The notes beneath the pieces were generated by a model that was given only the letters and a program-made list of their open reading frames with translations, had not been told where the DNA came from and made no database searches. Made by a program: the position numbers and the translations under genes. Positions 25,473 through 40,355 of a stretch of DNA of 64,000 nt are shown here, one piece after another (the first letter of the stretch is position 1; the number at the start of each line of letters is the position of its first letter). The stretch comes from Tubulanus polymorphus. Lineage: Eukaryota; Animalia; Nemertea. Location of the stretch: positions 4,878,778-4,942,777 of the forward strand of contig NC_134030.1 in the NCBI RefSeq assembly GCF_964204645.1. The letters run 5' to 3'.

Positions 25473-25800
25473 AGCCAAGATAAAACGAGGGTTTTTGACC
25501 CTCGCAAAATTCAGGCCCGAGCCAGATTATACCACAATCATCAACTCTTCACCGCCAATTGGTCTAAGCCAGTTTGACACGGGCCAAATTAAGCCCGACT
25601 CAAAATGTCAGACCAGGCCAGTGCCAAATTTTAGCATGCGTCACATCATTCCTGTTCTGGAAGTGAGTCACCATGCTTGCCACAGCATCTTTTTTATGAC
25701 ATTTTAGTAACGAGTGAGTGATTTACATCTGAACGTGAATTTGACGTAGTTTGGTCTAGACCGGTTTCACCCTGGTGGGGCCAAATTGTCTCCATCAGCT
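25473..25800 (-). mobile_element. MITE family A, diverged inverted copy
   Basis: gggccaaatt...gaccaggccagtgccaaattttagca...ttagtaacgagtgagtg...gggccaaattgtctcc matches the reverse complement of the family. Confidence 0.65.
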
Positions 25801-27176
25801 GATGGTTTCGGATGAACTGATGGAATATCATCAAATGTTATGAAAACTATAAAGATTAGATATTGTTAGAGTTAACCAGCGGATAGTTGACATAGTGACA
25901 ATAAGTTCATTGTTACTATAGTATTTGTCAGTCAGTTACCTTTAGCCAACTATTAAGCAATTGGCCTCACATGAGAACTATAACAAAAAGATGATCAGAA
26001 CGGATACTGCTAGTATTTGAGTTATAAGGTGGTAAAGGAGCCATCCTTTACTCGTTAATCCACAGGGAGATTGCAGCTAATCACCGACCTGTCAGAACCA
26101 GGATTAACCGATTAATGGTTATACTGCGTATGAACGACTCGACGGTTTTATTACCGTTTAGCTGAATAAAGAGAACCCGAACCATCGCGGAATCGTAGAT
26201 CCGATGAAGAAGAATCCACGGGTGTTTTATAGCTGCGCGCCGCGGAGGAATCGTGAAGTCAATTACACATGAAAGTCTCATTTACCGAGTTCGAATTGGT
26301 TCCGTGCATCTCGGCACGAATCTACGATCAAAGGTTAATAAATTCATCTGCCGTCATAAACTGAACGCAAGTTGCATCATATTTCATGTAATTACCAGAA
26401 CCTGCGGTGTAAATCTGATATTAGAATCAAATAATCCCTTCATCCTGAACAGACTTACACACATCAGTATTACTTGCAACAGGATAGAAGAAACACTACT
26501 AAACCATAATGAAAGTGAATGTGATGAATATGAATATTTTTGCAGAAAACCCCACAATAGTAAAGTTAAACTAAAAGAGGATTTTGACGTTTTCAACTCA
26601 AATGCTAAGAGCTATTTTTACAACTATTTAGCGCGGAATAGTTTTGGGGCTGAAAGAGATGGCTCACTGATCAGGTGATCAGGTGGAAGCTATCTGTTAG
26701 AAAAACATAACAATCGTCCAAAATGTAGTTAAAACTGATGGAGAACAGCATCGAGATGTCTACACGATGAAGATGACCACAGCTTTCATCGCTCTATGAT
26801 CCGAACAAGGGAAATATTCATGAGATATTCACCCATCACTAGTGATTTCCAGCTATCATGCAGTTGCCAAGTAACCTGTATATTTGATTATATTTGCAGA
26901 CACATTCTCTCTCTGTTCGGCGGCAGTTTCAGACAATCGAAACGTTCCACATGGGAGACCAAAGATAAGGCATTTAAGCCGGCCTCTCATTTAAGCCGCG
27001 CTCTCTCTCAACAGTCTACTGCTAGTCTTGTAATGTATGTATGTATGTACGTACCGACATACAGAATGGGTTCTATCTATAATTAATAGCGATCAATCAA
27101 ATGATGGAAATGTGTGTCCATCCATTTAGATCATCTTGTCTCTTCATCATCAACATAACAGAGGTTGCGTAATACG

Positions 27177-27430
<254 letters not shown>

Positions 27431-29000
27431 GAACAAGGCCGCGCTCGATGATAAATTATAGAAGAGCAAATTAATTTTTTTTTGTATCGGACGATTAACG
27501 TAATTCATGAAATATGTAGGAAGAGGAAAGCAATTCTATATGGATCGTAAAACTGCTGGAAATGATCCGGTGTGAAAAATTCAGACACAACGACTGCACG
27601 GACCCCGCGCAACTATTTTCCTATGAATCATATATAGTAAAAAAAAGTCTCGATTTTTGAATAAGATGAATTTCACCGAGGGGACCTAGACGCTGCTGAT
27701 AGATAGATACGGCTAACGCAACGTTATTTATTGCGATCGCAAACATTTCCGTGAATTTCGCCGAGGAAGCGGTGACTAACATGTACTCGGATCGTGGACG
27801 GGGATCGATATACTCGCTCCCGGATAACTCTAAACCTATTGAATATACCTCAACGACTCGCGCAGCGTGATGTCTATGAATATCACCGATTTCCAAATTA
27901 AGACCGAGCTCGCTCTCTCTCGGTATCAACGGTGTAGGGGCAGTAAACGATGATTCATCACGGAATTCCGTCGCATGAGCTACACACAAACCGATGACAG
28001 CGACGCTATAACGCCTCAAGATTATGAATATTGAATATTATTTCTACGGATATTCGATTTGCTGACAGAATTTCACGTTCCCAGATACAACGCACTAAAG
28101 GAACTTATCATAATCGATCAAACATCCAGAGGATGTTCGCCGGAGTTGTTTGTCGAGAATTCACCCTAAATTCTATTGGAAATGACCCCCCAACCTCTGA
28201 GACAAATTTGACTGACTCGTTTTAGGAATTCGTTTCGAAAATGAAGATCGTCGCGTCCAATCGATTCATGTCGGGTTGATTTCCTTCGAAGTCGAGAGAC
28301 ACCTGATTAAATTTACTTGACAGAGAATGAAATACCGAGAGACGTATACGGAAGCTGTTGGCAGCAGTGTCTGTCGGATCTTTCAGATCAGAATTCTTCG
28401 AATTTCGAATCGTCAATTTTAATATGTTTTATTCATCGATTTCGCAGATTACGAAACGAGGAAACGTTGTTCGGTGAAGATATTTACTCATAATTCCTTT
28501 GATTCTCGGATAAAAGCGAGAGAAATTTCGAATTCATAACATATTCTTCAGCATGCTCGGTAAAGACCGTAGAAAGATGATAAAAAAGATAGCGCCGAAT
28601 CAAGACTCTAAATCTGAATTCGAAGTGAACTGAATTTATTCGCAGCCAAAAATTCTAAAATTTACTTTCATTTCATTTCGTGGCCTGGGAAAATGAATCT
28701 AGGAAATTCATCGTTTAGTAATGAATTCACGATTAGGATTTATTGTCACGTCAAAAAAAAATTAGCTAAAAAGATGGGAATCCGTCAGATGAGATGACAA
28801 GTGGCTTAAATATTTCACGATCGTAAAAGTCGGTGGTGCTCAGTTCGAGACAGCTAGGAAAAAAAACAGGCGACGAGTTCCATCATAAAACGCGCTGAAG
28901 GAGATGAAGTGTGGAGATGAAAAGACTCGACAGCAACCTATGACACTTGATCTTACGACTGGACAAATAAAATAAGATCAGTTCGTCGATATTCGGCAGT

Positions 29001-29226
29001 GGAAGCAGAGAGGGAGAGGGAGAGAGGGAGAGAGGGAGAGAGGGAGGGGAGGGAGAGAGGGAGAGAGGGAGGGAGGGAGGGAGAGAGGGAGAGAGGGAGG
29101 GAGGGAGGGAGAGAGGGAGGGAAAGAGGGAGGGAGAGAGGGAGAGAGGGAGGGAGAGAGGGAGAGAGGGAGGGAGAGAGGGAGAGAGGGAGGGAGAGAGG
29201 GAGGGAGAGAGGGAGAGGGAGGTAGA

Positions 29227-29267
<41 letters not shown>

Positions 29268-29287
29268 ATAGAGAGGAAGAGAGAGGA
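29001..29287. repeat. GGGA/GA polypurine tract
   Basis: ~290 bp almost entirely G/A. Confidence 0.96.
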
Positions 29288-32112
29288 ATAAAACAGGCAT
29301 TATGTCACAACAATTCTCAAAGATTTGGAAACATAAATTCAATGGTTCAGCAGCGAATATTTTGCAGGCAACGTCGAAATTAAAACAATTTGAATAAATC
29401 GTTTAATTCCGATAGATTTACGCGACTTTCTGGGGGTAATTATCATTTTTTTGCGATGTCGATTTCAAACATGGCGGATAGTTTATGGCGCAATTTCAAC
29501 TGCAATTTAGGCATTTTATTAGTTATCAAACTGCGCATTTCGGAAATGTTGACATTTCAATAAATTGCGATTTTATCGCCGGTTTCTGTGATAATTGCAT
29601 GAATTTATTACTGAACGTCTACGTAACGTTTTTGCGAACGTGAAATTAGTTTGGTTAATGCGCGCTGTATGCGATAACACTTCTACATGATTCTGCTTAT
29701 TAATAAACAAACTCGATAGTTGCGCGCGTTTTAATAACCTAAAAATATACCTATGTCTTCGCGCGGAGAACCGTGGAAAGACATAATTAAACTAATATCA
29801 TCATCATTATCATCGTCGTGGCTGAACTGTTAGATGGATGCTCATAGATTTTCCAAGAACGCAAGATTTATTAACGGATCTTAAAAGTATTCAGTCTTAC
29901 GTAAGGCCGAATATTACTGGTGTATATGTATTTGAGATTTGTTATATGAATATTGGGTCAAATACCATTAGAAAGTGTTTGATGAACGATTTAACAGCGA
30001 ATCTATAAGAACAATTAAAAATAAGTGAGAGCATGTGGGTGGAGGACGTACTCATCTATTAATCAAGTAATTTACATTTACCTCTTCAGTAAATCATTTA
30101 CAGATGTCGAAGTTACGAATATAAGAGTGCTTGAAATTGTTTTTCTCATGTAATATTCTGAATCCACGACACAATATCCTAGTTCATTTGAGTCAATGAG
30201 GCGTAGGGTCTCATGATCGGTCTTAAGTTAAAATGAAGCAAAAATTTGGACAAATTAGGAACTCTTTATATATAGAAATAAAATACCTAATTCTGATTTT
30301 GGTCTATAATAGATATAGATGAAAGGTACTGTTTCGCACCTGGTAAGACTGAATGAAATTAATGACATGCGCGAAAATCAACAGTTTGAACGTCAATTCA
30401 AAATCTGAAAGCTATCAGAGATCAATAGATGACATGAATGTTCCATAGAGTCTCGGTTCAATCTATTCAATCTATTCGATGAAACCATGTATCCGGATTA
30501 GATAGAAATATTTATGCAGGTAAGCATAAGAGAAGTGGTTGTTAATGGAAGATTGGTGCCGTACGCCGCCGCCGCCGTACGCCGCCGCCGCCTCCGGCCA
30601 CCGCACGGTTTATAGATCATTTATTCAGTGGTTGTTTAAGGGGAACTGCGTGAGGTCTGAATGCAGTCAACTGGAAACATGGCGGCAGTCTCCACTCCAT
30701 GAGGGGTTTATCAGCAAACAGCCGATTGAAAACATACGCAACCGAGGGAAAGTTCACCGGATAAATGTGAGAACTTCGATAAACGAACGAAGAAAAACAT
30801 GTTCAGAATGTCAATCGAATGAAATATAAAACCATTTTGTAATGTATATGAGTATATATGAGATTTGTAGACTTTTACAAAATTCATTGAAATTGTGAAG
30901 AATACGATAAACAACTGATAATCATTTAGTATTTTGTTTCAAGGTATCCTTGGGCCCGGGTTGTGATTCAAACGCATTCTTTAAGTCAAACGCATAAAAG
31001 AAATTTGAATATGAATAGTAAGATTATCCTAATGAACTACGTTGCATAACTGATTATTAATAATTAATAACAGTCATCTTCCCCTCTATCCGAGGGCCGC
31101 GCCAGTCGATATATTAATCGCCAGTAAATTAATTCATCTTTAGCATATCACGCGTTCAGCTCTCGAGACTCAACTGAGCTGTTCAGCAGAGCACCCGCAG
31201 CAACCCTGAACGCTTCCAGCTACTTCATTATGGATGAACACAATATTCACCTCTCTTTAGATTGGCAATGATGAAGTATAGGAATGCCGCCACCGCCGCA
31301 ACTATACGTACAGAAAGGCCACGACGTCTTAATTATTCGTTTCAATACAAAAAATAACCGGTTTCGAAAAAAATTCAAAACGTCAGAAACTGAATTCTCT
31401 TTCTAACTGATTCGCCGAGAGGTTATTGCTCATCAGCTCCCGATGAACGCAACTCAAAATTTTTTCGAAGAATCCAATTAGCGCAGATTTCATCAGTAAA
31501 GCCTTGCCACAGGTGTTCGCCTTCGCAAAAAAGTTTCGGGTATCCGTTAACTCGAACACAGTTTCTGGTATAGCTAATTCAATAGCAGAGTATTATTCTC
31601 TATACATAGAAAAATTCTTCAAAAAACTTTTAAAATATTCTACCGTTTTTAGTGTGCAGTTCAAGCAGGTTTGGCACCTTCTTTTCTGCACCAGTTTGCA
31701 GTTTATATACCTTTGTCAACAAAAATTGACGGCGATGGCCAAACATGACCATCGTTTAGCTTCAGAAATTGGTTTCAAATTATTTCATGCATATGTCTGC
31801 GTTAGGTTTACTAAACAACCAAAATTTCAAGAATTTTGTATACAACGCATTCTGCAGTCCACGTTGTTTACCTTGAAATCATTTGCTTTATGAATTGAAA
31901 TTGTACATGTCATGGATTTCAATGAATCGTTGAAATGACGAAAGGGCCAGGTCGTTGGAAGCATTGAGTATTTTCAAGTATAGACCTTACAGATCTTAAC
32001 TTATATCTGAAGTGTAGCGTAAAGCTTTTCTCTGTATGCATGTCCTGATAAGTATGTCACATTTCACTCAAAGGATATGACAACTAATCGTAAAAATATC
32101 ATCGTTATTAGA

Positions 32113-32364
32113 AGCTATCACGAGGAGATGATTTGGCCCGGATCAGGCCTGAATCGAATTTCGCCCATGCCTAATATAATTAGAGAGTGCGTTCACACGT
32201 AAACCACTCGCTCATACTGAATAATGCTGTGACAAAGCAAAGTGAGTCACTTCTGGAACCAGTTGCAATAATTTGACCCGTGCTTAAATCTAGCTCGGGG
32301 CATGAATAAGCACTGGTCCATTTGGCACCCATGGTTTGCCAAAAATGCTCGTGTGATAACAGCT
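32113..32364 (+). mobile_element. MITE family A, diverged copy
   Basis: gagatgatttggcccgg...ttagagagtgcgttcacacg...aaaaatgctcgtgtgata matches the 40019 copy. Confidence 0.75.
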
Positions 32365-32552
32365 ATAAACTCGCTAGTTTACGCTACTATAACACAAAGT
32401 TGATTTTCAGTAACAGCTACAGACAATCGGATTTTCAAAAAGAAAGGGTTAAACCAAACAGCTGCTGGTGTCCGTTCACAAATCCAATTCAAATACACTA
32501 ATTACAGTACTGTGCAGCACTTCATCAAAACGGTATTTTTCCCGAGCAGGAG

Positions 32553-32584
<32 letters not shown>

Positions 32585-34659
32585 CCAGTGAGGAAAAATA
32601 CTGAATACGTATAATATGTGATGTACTGAAGGATAAGCAATAGCGGAATGAATTTACTCATCAGCACGATTCTAGTAAATACTCCCTGTAGTGGTAGGAT
32701 GATTGATATATATATCACTCTTCAGTGAAGCTTTAAAATATCAGAAAAAAGGGATTAAAAATCAGGATACGGACTTTGCTGGTACAACGAACAATAGCGA
32801 CCTACGCAACAAGTCAAACCTCAAAATCACCTGACACAAAGATTCACTATTTAGTCACGAAATCAGATATCTTAACATTTTTCAGCTGTAGGCTAGGATA
32901 TATGTATTAAGAATATAAACAAACATATGATGAAGTATGATTTCTCGAACTGCCCTAAAAAGCTCTGACATGAACCAGCTGGCCATAATGATTGACAGGT
33001 ACAATGTTTTATCACATTGTAAATTCAACACTATTAATTTGATGACCCTGATCTACATTGGCCTAGATTCCCTGTAGACTTTTCATTTCTACTTCAGTAA
33101 TATCTTAGTCATATGAGACACATTTGGCATCGAGTCCTGAAACCATCAGATCCTTCATATCATAGGGCATATACATAGAGTCCATTTATGTATATTTTAA
33201 ACAAACGAGACAATTTTAGAAATATTCTTACCAGAATTATCAACGATACACTTAATCCGAGGAATGCTTGAAATGGTGTGAATCAGTATAATCTAATCCA
33301 TATTCTAATCTATAAGTTAATCCAAAGTTCTAAACAGTGTTATCAGTCACATATATCCAAACAAACAAATGCTTCACCTGAGCCTATTCTAAGTATTCCT
33401 TATGACGACTAATTATCAGTACTGTCCCGTTATATCCAAACTCTCCTTTCAATTTATCCGAACGTTTTTGATTGAAATTCCTCAAGACATTATTCATATG
33501 TAAACATGTAGACACCAGTATACTGTAAGCAGCGCTGCTCTCACTACCAGCACTCTCTACTACTGACAGAGCTCTCACCTGCAGGCTGCTGCCGCGCTCA
33601 CAATAGCAACAAGCTACTAGCTCTTATCCACAGCAGCAACAGCCAGCCTCCTACCGATGAAAGGATGGAAGGATGATACAGCGTTTAATTAGCTATCAAA
33701 CCAATCAACCAACTTCTTCAAAGAATTAGTGACCTCCAGAAAATTTCACTAATTATTTTTCAGCAACCGCCCAATTTACATTGTCTTCAGGTTTTTCTGT
33801 ATTATCCAGCAGCCAACTCGGTAGATATCTGAACAAACATTCCGAAACGGAAACTGTTTCCGATGATATGAAGTCATTTACTATTCTGAATAAAGCCAAT
33901 TACAATTATGTTGGAATCTGCGCTGAAGTTTGACTCACTGGGTCCGGCTACCAACAAAACGATTGTCCCGAAACATTAGGACACAATTATCGCTGAATAG
34001 TGCCCGTTATGTGATGACATCATCGACTAGTACTTAGTAAAACCACGACCATCATTGAATATTCATTAAAGAGTGGGTCGTCGTCGTCGTCGTCGTTTGA
34101 ATATCAATATATCCACAATTTCTGAGCTTTCAGAAACAAGAAGCTATCTATATTTAGAACGGACGTGCCTTGGACTGAAAACAGATTGAACATAGTAATG
34201 ATCCTATGAATTTCTAATGGATTTTCATAAAATGACTGCAAATAGCTGGTAGCTGTTTGTGGCCTTTACTAAATACTTTGACTTCAATCATATTCACCAC
34301 AATTCACTGAAACAAACTTTTAAACAATTCACTAATGGTAAACATATCGACTGCCAGCGCCGAAGTTTTTAATGCTTAAGATTTTGTCAGTTTTCTCGGA
34401 AACCTATGCGGGATTTAATGAAAATCTAATCCAAACCACATTAAGAAATTTAATGCTTCAACGCAACGCTGTCATAAACACTGCGAATACTGTCGAGATA
34501 TCCCCTACCCCGGGGAGGCTTTCATTAAATGTCATTTTACGGGAGCTGCCTGGATTTCCTCGAGAGCCACTTAACTAATAACAGTAAGTTGTTCCGCGCT
34601 TTGATAACGTCTGGCTTTGTTGCAGATGGTTAAACATTAATGTCTCCATCAAAAATAAC

Positions 34660-34881
34660 TTTGGCCCGAGTCAAATTTCGTTCACACACAAGCCACTCAC
34701 TCGATACTAAAAAATGTTTAAACAAAGTGAAGTGAATCAGTTGCAATGATTTGACCTGTACTGAAAATTGACTCCGGTCTGGTCCGATGTCTCTGGTTGG
34801 GCCTAACAGGCCCATTTGGTACTTGTGCGAACAGTTGTTCCGGGCTCAATTTAGGCATGGGCCAAAAAAGTGATCGCGGCT
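34660..34881 (+). mobile_element. MITE family A, 5'-truncated copy
   Basis: cgttcacac...ccactcactcgatactaa...cccatttgg...aacagttgttc...gtgatcgcggct shared with the 40019 copy. Confidence 0.78.
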
Positions 34882-37800
34882 TATTTCTAATTACGAATAG
34901 TCTTTGAACAGAGTGAATAGGACCAGGTCCGGGGGGGGGGGAGTACTGCTGCACTAACCCCGAAAAGCGACAAACAAATATCATAATGATTACGATATCC
35001 CGGATATGCCGCCGGTAATGCAGTGCAATGAATCAATTTTCTCACAAAAATCGTCGCAACTCGACCTCACAAAATAATTACAGCGAAGCAAATAGCAGCA
35101 CCAAAAAATACCGGCTAACGCATGCACGCGCGATGCGGGAATGCGTTGGCTATTAGTTGATAGCCGAGAAAAATTGAGCATATTTTTGTGCGGCGATTAG
35201 CGCGTACATGTATATATAGGCGCAACGGTTTTTCGGCTAACAGATTAACTACTATCAATTACGCTGCAATCAGCCGCGGTGCCGTTATACACAATCTCCA
35301 TAGCGCAATTAATAACGAGTACTTTATCAAATGAAGTCAGAACATTAGCAGCAGCAGCGACCGACCGAGCGACTGTCCGCGCTACGACACTTTTTGCCAC
35401 TCGTCGTAATTATATCGTCGTAATTATCTATGAGCGATAATTCCATCGATCTCGCGTTGAATCTGTTTTCATTTTTAACTTATCAGCGACAATTACAAAA
35501 CGGTCAACGTGATGATCGTACCGTTGAACGAGTTTGAGACGAATGATACCCACGTTTTGGGGTAGATTTAGAGAGGACGCACAGGGCGCTCGTCCACCTT
35601 TTTCGATTGAATGCTGTTGCGAAAAACATTAGGTATTAGATAAAACCAGAATTCATTTTTTGAAAATGATGATTTTAAATGTCATCTAAAAGCATCGATT
35701 TCGTGGCTAACCGCTTCATGGGTTCAAGCAGCAATAAATTTCTTTTTATCTCAAGCGCAATTTCAAATTTCCCAGATCCGTACCTGCCCTGTACCGCCAG
35801 GCAGTACTTTATTTTCTCGCTGTTCCGTAAAAAACCCAAATTTTTACATAAAGGTTACGCGAACCTAAATTACAATTGTACAATATTTACGATGAGAGCG
35901 TACTGAGGTAACAACTAAACTCATTAAACTGACAACAAAACAGGTTACACAGCTTATAGAGCTTGCTTTCGCGATCACGAATATGACGGATGATTTTTAA
36001 AAATGCCAGTTACGGATAAACAAAATAAAGGGCTCCAGTTTTTTGCACAGCAGTAAATGAACTACTACAGTTTCTTTGTTCGCGGTGTACTCTATAAATA
36101 CGGAGGTAGTTTCACAGTTTTATCGCCGCTGAAATGTGCAACTGAAAATAACGATGACAAGCATCCCGTCGACAGATGCAGCATCCGTCCAGGTGATGCT
36201 GATTTATTCGCTGTACCAGCATCGTCGGTCCGAGGTATCAGCACGGCGTCATCATCGACAACGTGCAGCGGATATGGATTTTTATCCGAAGATGGCCGAT
36301 AAAAATGCACTAAAACCAGATATACGAATGTTAACGACGTTTATTCCGGCCGCGAACATTGATTTCAGAAATAATCGAAGCTAATTAATTTCTTTTTCAG
36401 TACGGTTGCTTTTGATAAAAACACCATTAGAGTTTGAGGCCCAGTGCGTGAATAGAAAACGCCATCAACGCTGTAGCTTTTATCGACACAGATAGCCATA
36501 ATTCAGAATCAGATATAACCTTAGTAGACTCAGGGGTGCCGGCCAACCATCATATATCAGCCTGAAGATTTTGCAATTTTACTGCATATTAGGTCAAGAT
36601 CAGTACAGTAGATAAGAAGGCTATATCAAGTGGATTCTCAAAAGGTCACTTGGGTTGAACCCCCAATCCTCATTTGGTTCTGCCACTGGAATTTTCAAAA
36701 AACATCCCGTGGGAGGGCTCCCAGCTTCGAAATCTGTCTGTGGTCGGCGTCATTCCAGAAACTTTAAAAAAAATGATGAAGTCATCAAACATTCTTTGTA
36801 ACTGAAATCCTCTATTCCCGGGGATGATGATGATATGCTCTCACGAGCCTAACTGAATAAATAAGCATCGAAAATCAGAAATAACATCATTCGTTATCTC
36901 GTAGTCATCTTTGGCAATTTTGATATTTCTAGATATGAAATACATCGTTTGCCATCATATCCTGTGAGGTCGATCAATTCCACGAACAATGATTCCAGTT
37001 GTTCACCTATAAAAATATTTTCTCAGTATCGAAGAAAAACATTCATCAAAATCGGACAATACTCGATAATGAATAACACATGACCACGTTGACTGATCGG
37101 TTCTTTATGCGCGCAGGAGTTTTTTTCATCAAGAAATTCCGCTATGTTTGTGACCCCGGCTATGGTGATATTGATAGCAACGTAGGTAATATTATTCCTC
37201 GACGTTCGTCGGGGTTTCCAGTTGCAGGGCAGTGCTGTTGTTCACACCACTGTTCAATTATTCCCAGTTAGAAGAAAATATCAACTACATAGCTCAATTA
37301 CAGAATGAGGAGTTTACAACTGCAGAAATACATATGAAACACGTTACATTATTGACTATTGAGCTCTTGACTGCGCTGCTCCTCTGCCTTTATGCAAATG
37401 TAGATGAAATTGTACCTCAACATTCCTTGGACCATCGTTCAAAGATTCAAATTTTGGAAGAAAATACCAACTAAATAGCTAAAACAGGAGCCTCTGACTG
37501 CAGAAATGAATATATTACCATTATTACAAACGTCCAACAAAAAGAAGAATCTAAATCAGATCAAATAACAGACACGTTAGAGAAATTCAACCGGTTTCAA
37601 CTATCAAAACTCTTCCCTGCACTTTATCTTTGACATTGACTCGGCTTTTATACTTGTAATGTACCACCAGCGACTGTAGAATGGTAGCTAAATAGTTTCG
37701 ACAACAAATTTCTGTCAAAATTCCAAATTACGAGCGTTTTTCAGTGATTGAAATGATGTCTGCAACTCATCTCAGTGAATCAGTATTAGAACTGGATGAA

Positions 37801-38169
37801 TTTAAAACATCGACAGATAATAACTGTTAGAAGTACTGATGTTATCTTATCAACAAGTCTGAAATTGCATTACAATTTTCTCGGCTGGTCGTCGCGGGGA
37901 TAAAAGCTAATCGATGTTTTTAAAAACGAATTCAAATCAAATTCAATATCACTTTCGACAAGCACAACTGCGCGCACCGAGGCTATCGACACTCGTCAAA
38001 TGGAGTTGAGTGCTTTTTCTACGCGAGCAAAAATTGAGCTCACGGAGAAAACGATTTCAAGTTAATTCACTTTAGAAACAACATCTTTCCCAATAATGTC
38101 TCGAATCTCAGAAGTGGATAAGAATTGGATGGATACGATATCCGGGAGCTATCTATGTTTCTCTTAAAA

Positions 38170-38457
38170 CCCTTTCAGTGTTGATAATTAATTCCCGATA
38201 GTGCTGGATTTGAAAATGTAAAAAAAAATTCCACCCCAGTATGTTGAATAACGGGCGCTATACCGTTTTAGTACATCTACACCGTGGTACGGTGCGATGT
38301 ATTGTTAGCAACTATATTTTACTATGTCTGTAAGGTGCTGCCATCTTTCAATAGAGATAAAAACTAATTACTAATATCAATACACTGCAATGCAGTGTAC
38401 TAGCAAAGTCAATCACTGTACTATACACCGCACTGTGGTGTAAATGCACTGAAAGGG
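38170..38457. mobile_element. piggyBac-like MITE
   Basis: TIRs ccctttcagtg / cactgaaaggg, right flank TTAA, left flank ttaaaa; internal tacac...gtgta palindromes. Confidence 0.7.
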
Positions 38458-38869
38458 TTAAAAACGTAATGCAGAGCAAATTTCATAATCCTTGTAAGAC
38501 TTGTATTTGTGGTAACGATTTTGTTAAAAAGAAACTCTGTAAGGCTAAGCCATACTACGCTGTTGTAAATGTATCTTTTCACAGACGAAGTTTTTATTAA
38601 AAAACGTTGTATAGATAGTGACTGGTAGTTATTCATAAAGGTGTATAAATGAGGGGAACCGCAGCGGGTTCACACCTGGAATACGCGAGAACGCTGTGAA
38701 AACAGTTCCATCTTTTCTTCACCGGAGCAGAATCTGAGAGATGTTAGATACAGTACAGCCCCATAGTGAAACTAGTAAATAAGGCGTAGCTGGTGCCGTG
38801 AAGGCTACATTGAGAAACAAAATATAGCACCTGAAATAAAACCGTTATAAAAAAAGTACATTCAGGAGT

Positions 38870-39165
38870 CAGGCCTATAGCATGGGGTCCCCTTCCGCAC
38901 AAATAAATTTATTTCCACTCGTTTTCAATTCAAAAGAAAATATTAAGCTGAAATGTATTACAATTAAAACTATTCACACAACATAATACTATATATTGAA
39001 TTGGTTCATTTACTTAGACCTTCGTTATATCAATCAGAATTCGTTCAGAGGCCTATCCGAGCATTGAATTTTCGAAATTCTTCTAGGACAGGTCCCTAGA
39101 CTCCCCATCAGTTCCAACCATGTTAAAAACAACCGCACCCTCATATCCCTCATGCTACAGGCCTG
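38870..39165. mobile_element. CAGGCC-ended MITE (hAT-like)
   Basis: caggcctatagcatgggg / cctcatgctacaggcctg; flanks ggagt/ggaat. Confidence 0.75.
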
Positions 39166-39649
39166 GGAATGATGAATCTTTAATCATGAACCACTTTAAA
39201 AGTAAACCTGCAATATAACTACTCTCTATGTTGTTAGCCGATCTAAAGTCCATTCATTGGTGCAAAGCAAAGGACCCGTTCAATCAGATCCAGCCAGATT
39301 GAGGTGGCTAGGAGAATGTTGAAGCCCTATTTAACCTCTTTTCAGGGGACTGCAATAAACACTCGAATTGATGGATTTCTCACTAAACGACACGTATTCA
39401 TAAAAAATTCATCGAAACACCGTCTAAAACTGAAATGAAATCTCTCTACACGAGAAAAAAAAGCATCGTCGTTTCAGTAACTTTAATTCCCACGAGACCG
39501 CTTTCTTTGTTGCCATGGCAATACGGCTCCTACACGCGCGCACGAGCCGAACACAATACTCGAGGTAAACCAGGACTCGCTCCTCGCCTGACGTCGCCGT
39601 GGTTACCAACAGTAACGAGAGAATAATAGCGTGTTTTTTTAATCCGCAG

Positions 39650-39722
<73 letters not shown>
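39650..39722. repeat. (CAT)n microsatellite
   Basis: About 24 perfect TCA units. Confidence 0.97.
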
Positions 39723-40018
39723 TGCTATGTGACGATGATTCCGACAGAAGAACACACCGATATCGCGCTCACGCCAAGACGGAAAAAACGGAAACTGGAA
39801 ATCAAATAAAGGGTGTGTACAAAACACGACACCCGGCGTTCGCAGCGTCGGACAAACCGGAAACTAAACCACGCACCGAGAAACAGAGAGTTCAACACAC
39901 TTCATCGATACCATCATCACACCATCACACACACAACACAACAATCATACTCAATCGGTGATTGTTTTCTGTACAAGTATAAATTCCCTCATCTCCTTGT
40001 CGGGCAGGAGTCGATTTA

Positions 40019-40355
40019 AGCCGCAATCACACGGAGACGATTTGGCCTGGGCCAAATTGGCATCGATCAGGCTCGGGTCAAATTTGGCCCGTGCCTAATT
40101 AAAGAGCGCGTTCACACGCAAACCACTCACTCGATACTAAACATTGCTTAAACAAAGCAAAGTGGATCATTTCCGGTGCTAATTGCAATTCAAACGCAAT
40201 CATTTGTCTGGTGCTAAAATTTGGCTCGGGCCTGGTACGACGTTTTTGGTCAGGCCAAATTTGGCTCGGGCCCATTTGGCACCCGTATGAACAGTTGTTC
40301 CAGGCCAAATTTGGCCCGTGCCAGATTTGGCAAAAATGCTCGTGTGATCGCGGCT
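40019..40355 (+). mobile_element. MITE family A, full copy (PIF/Harbinger/Tourist-like)
   Basis: TIRs agccgcaatcacacg / cgtgtgatcgcggct, 3-bp TSD TTA/TTA, internal ggccaaatttggc repeats; several dispersed copies in the window. Confidence 0.85.

Noticed and set aside
27621-28019. 132-aa ORF with a signal-peptide-like start, considered as robo exon 1
   Set aside because: Starts at TTG rather than ATG, has no strong phase-1 donor, and shows no recognisable homology.
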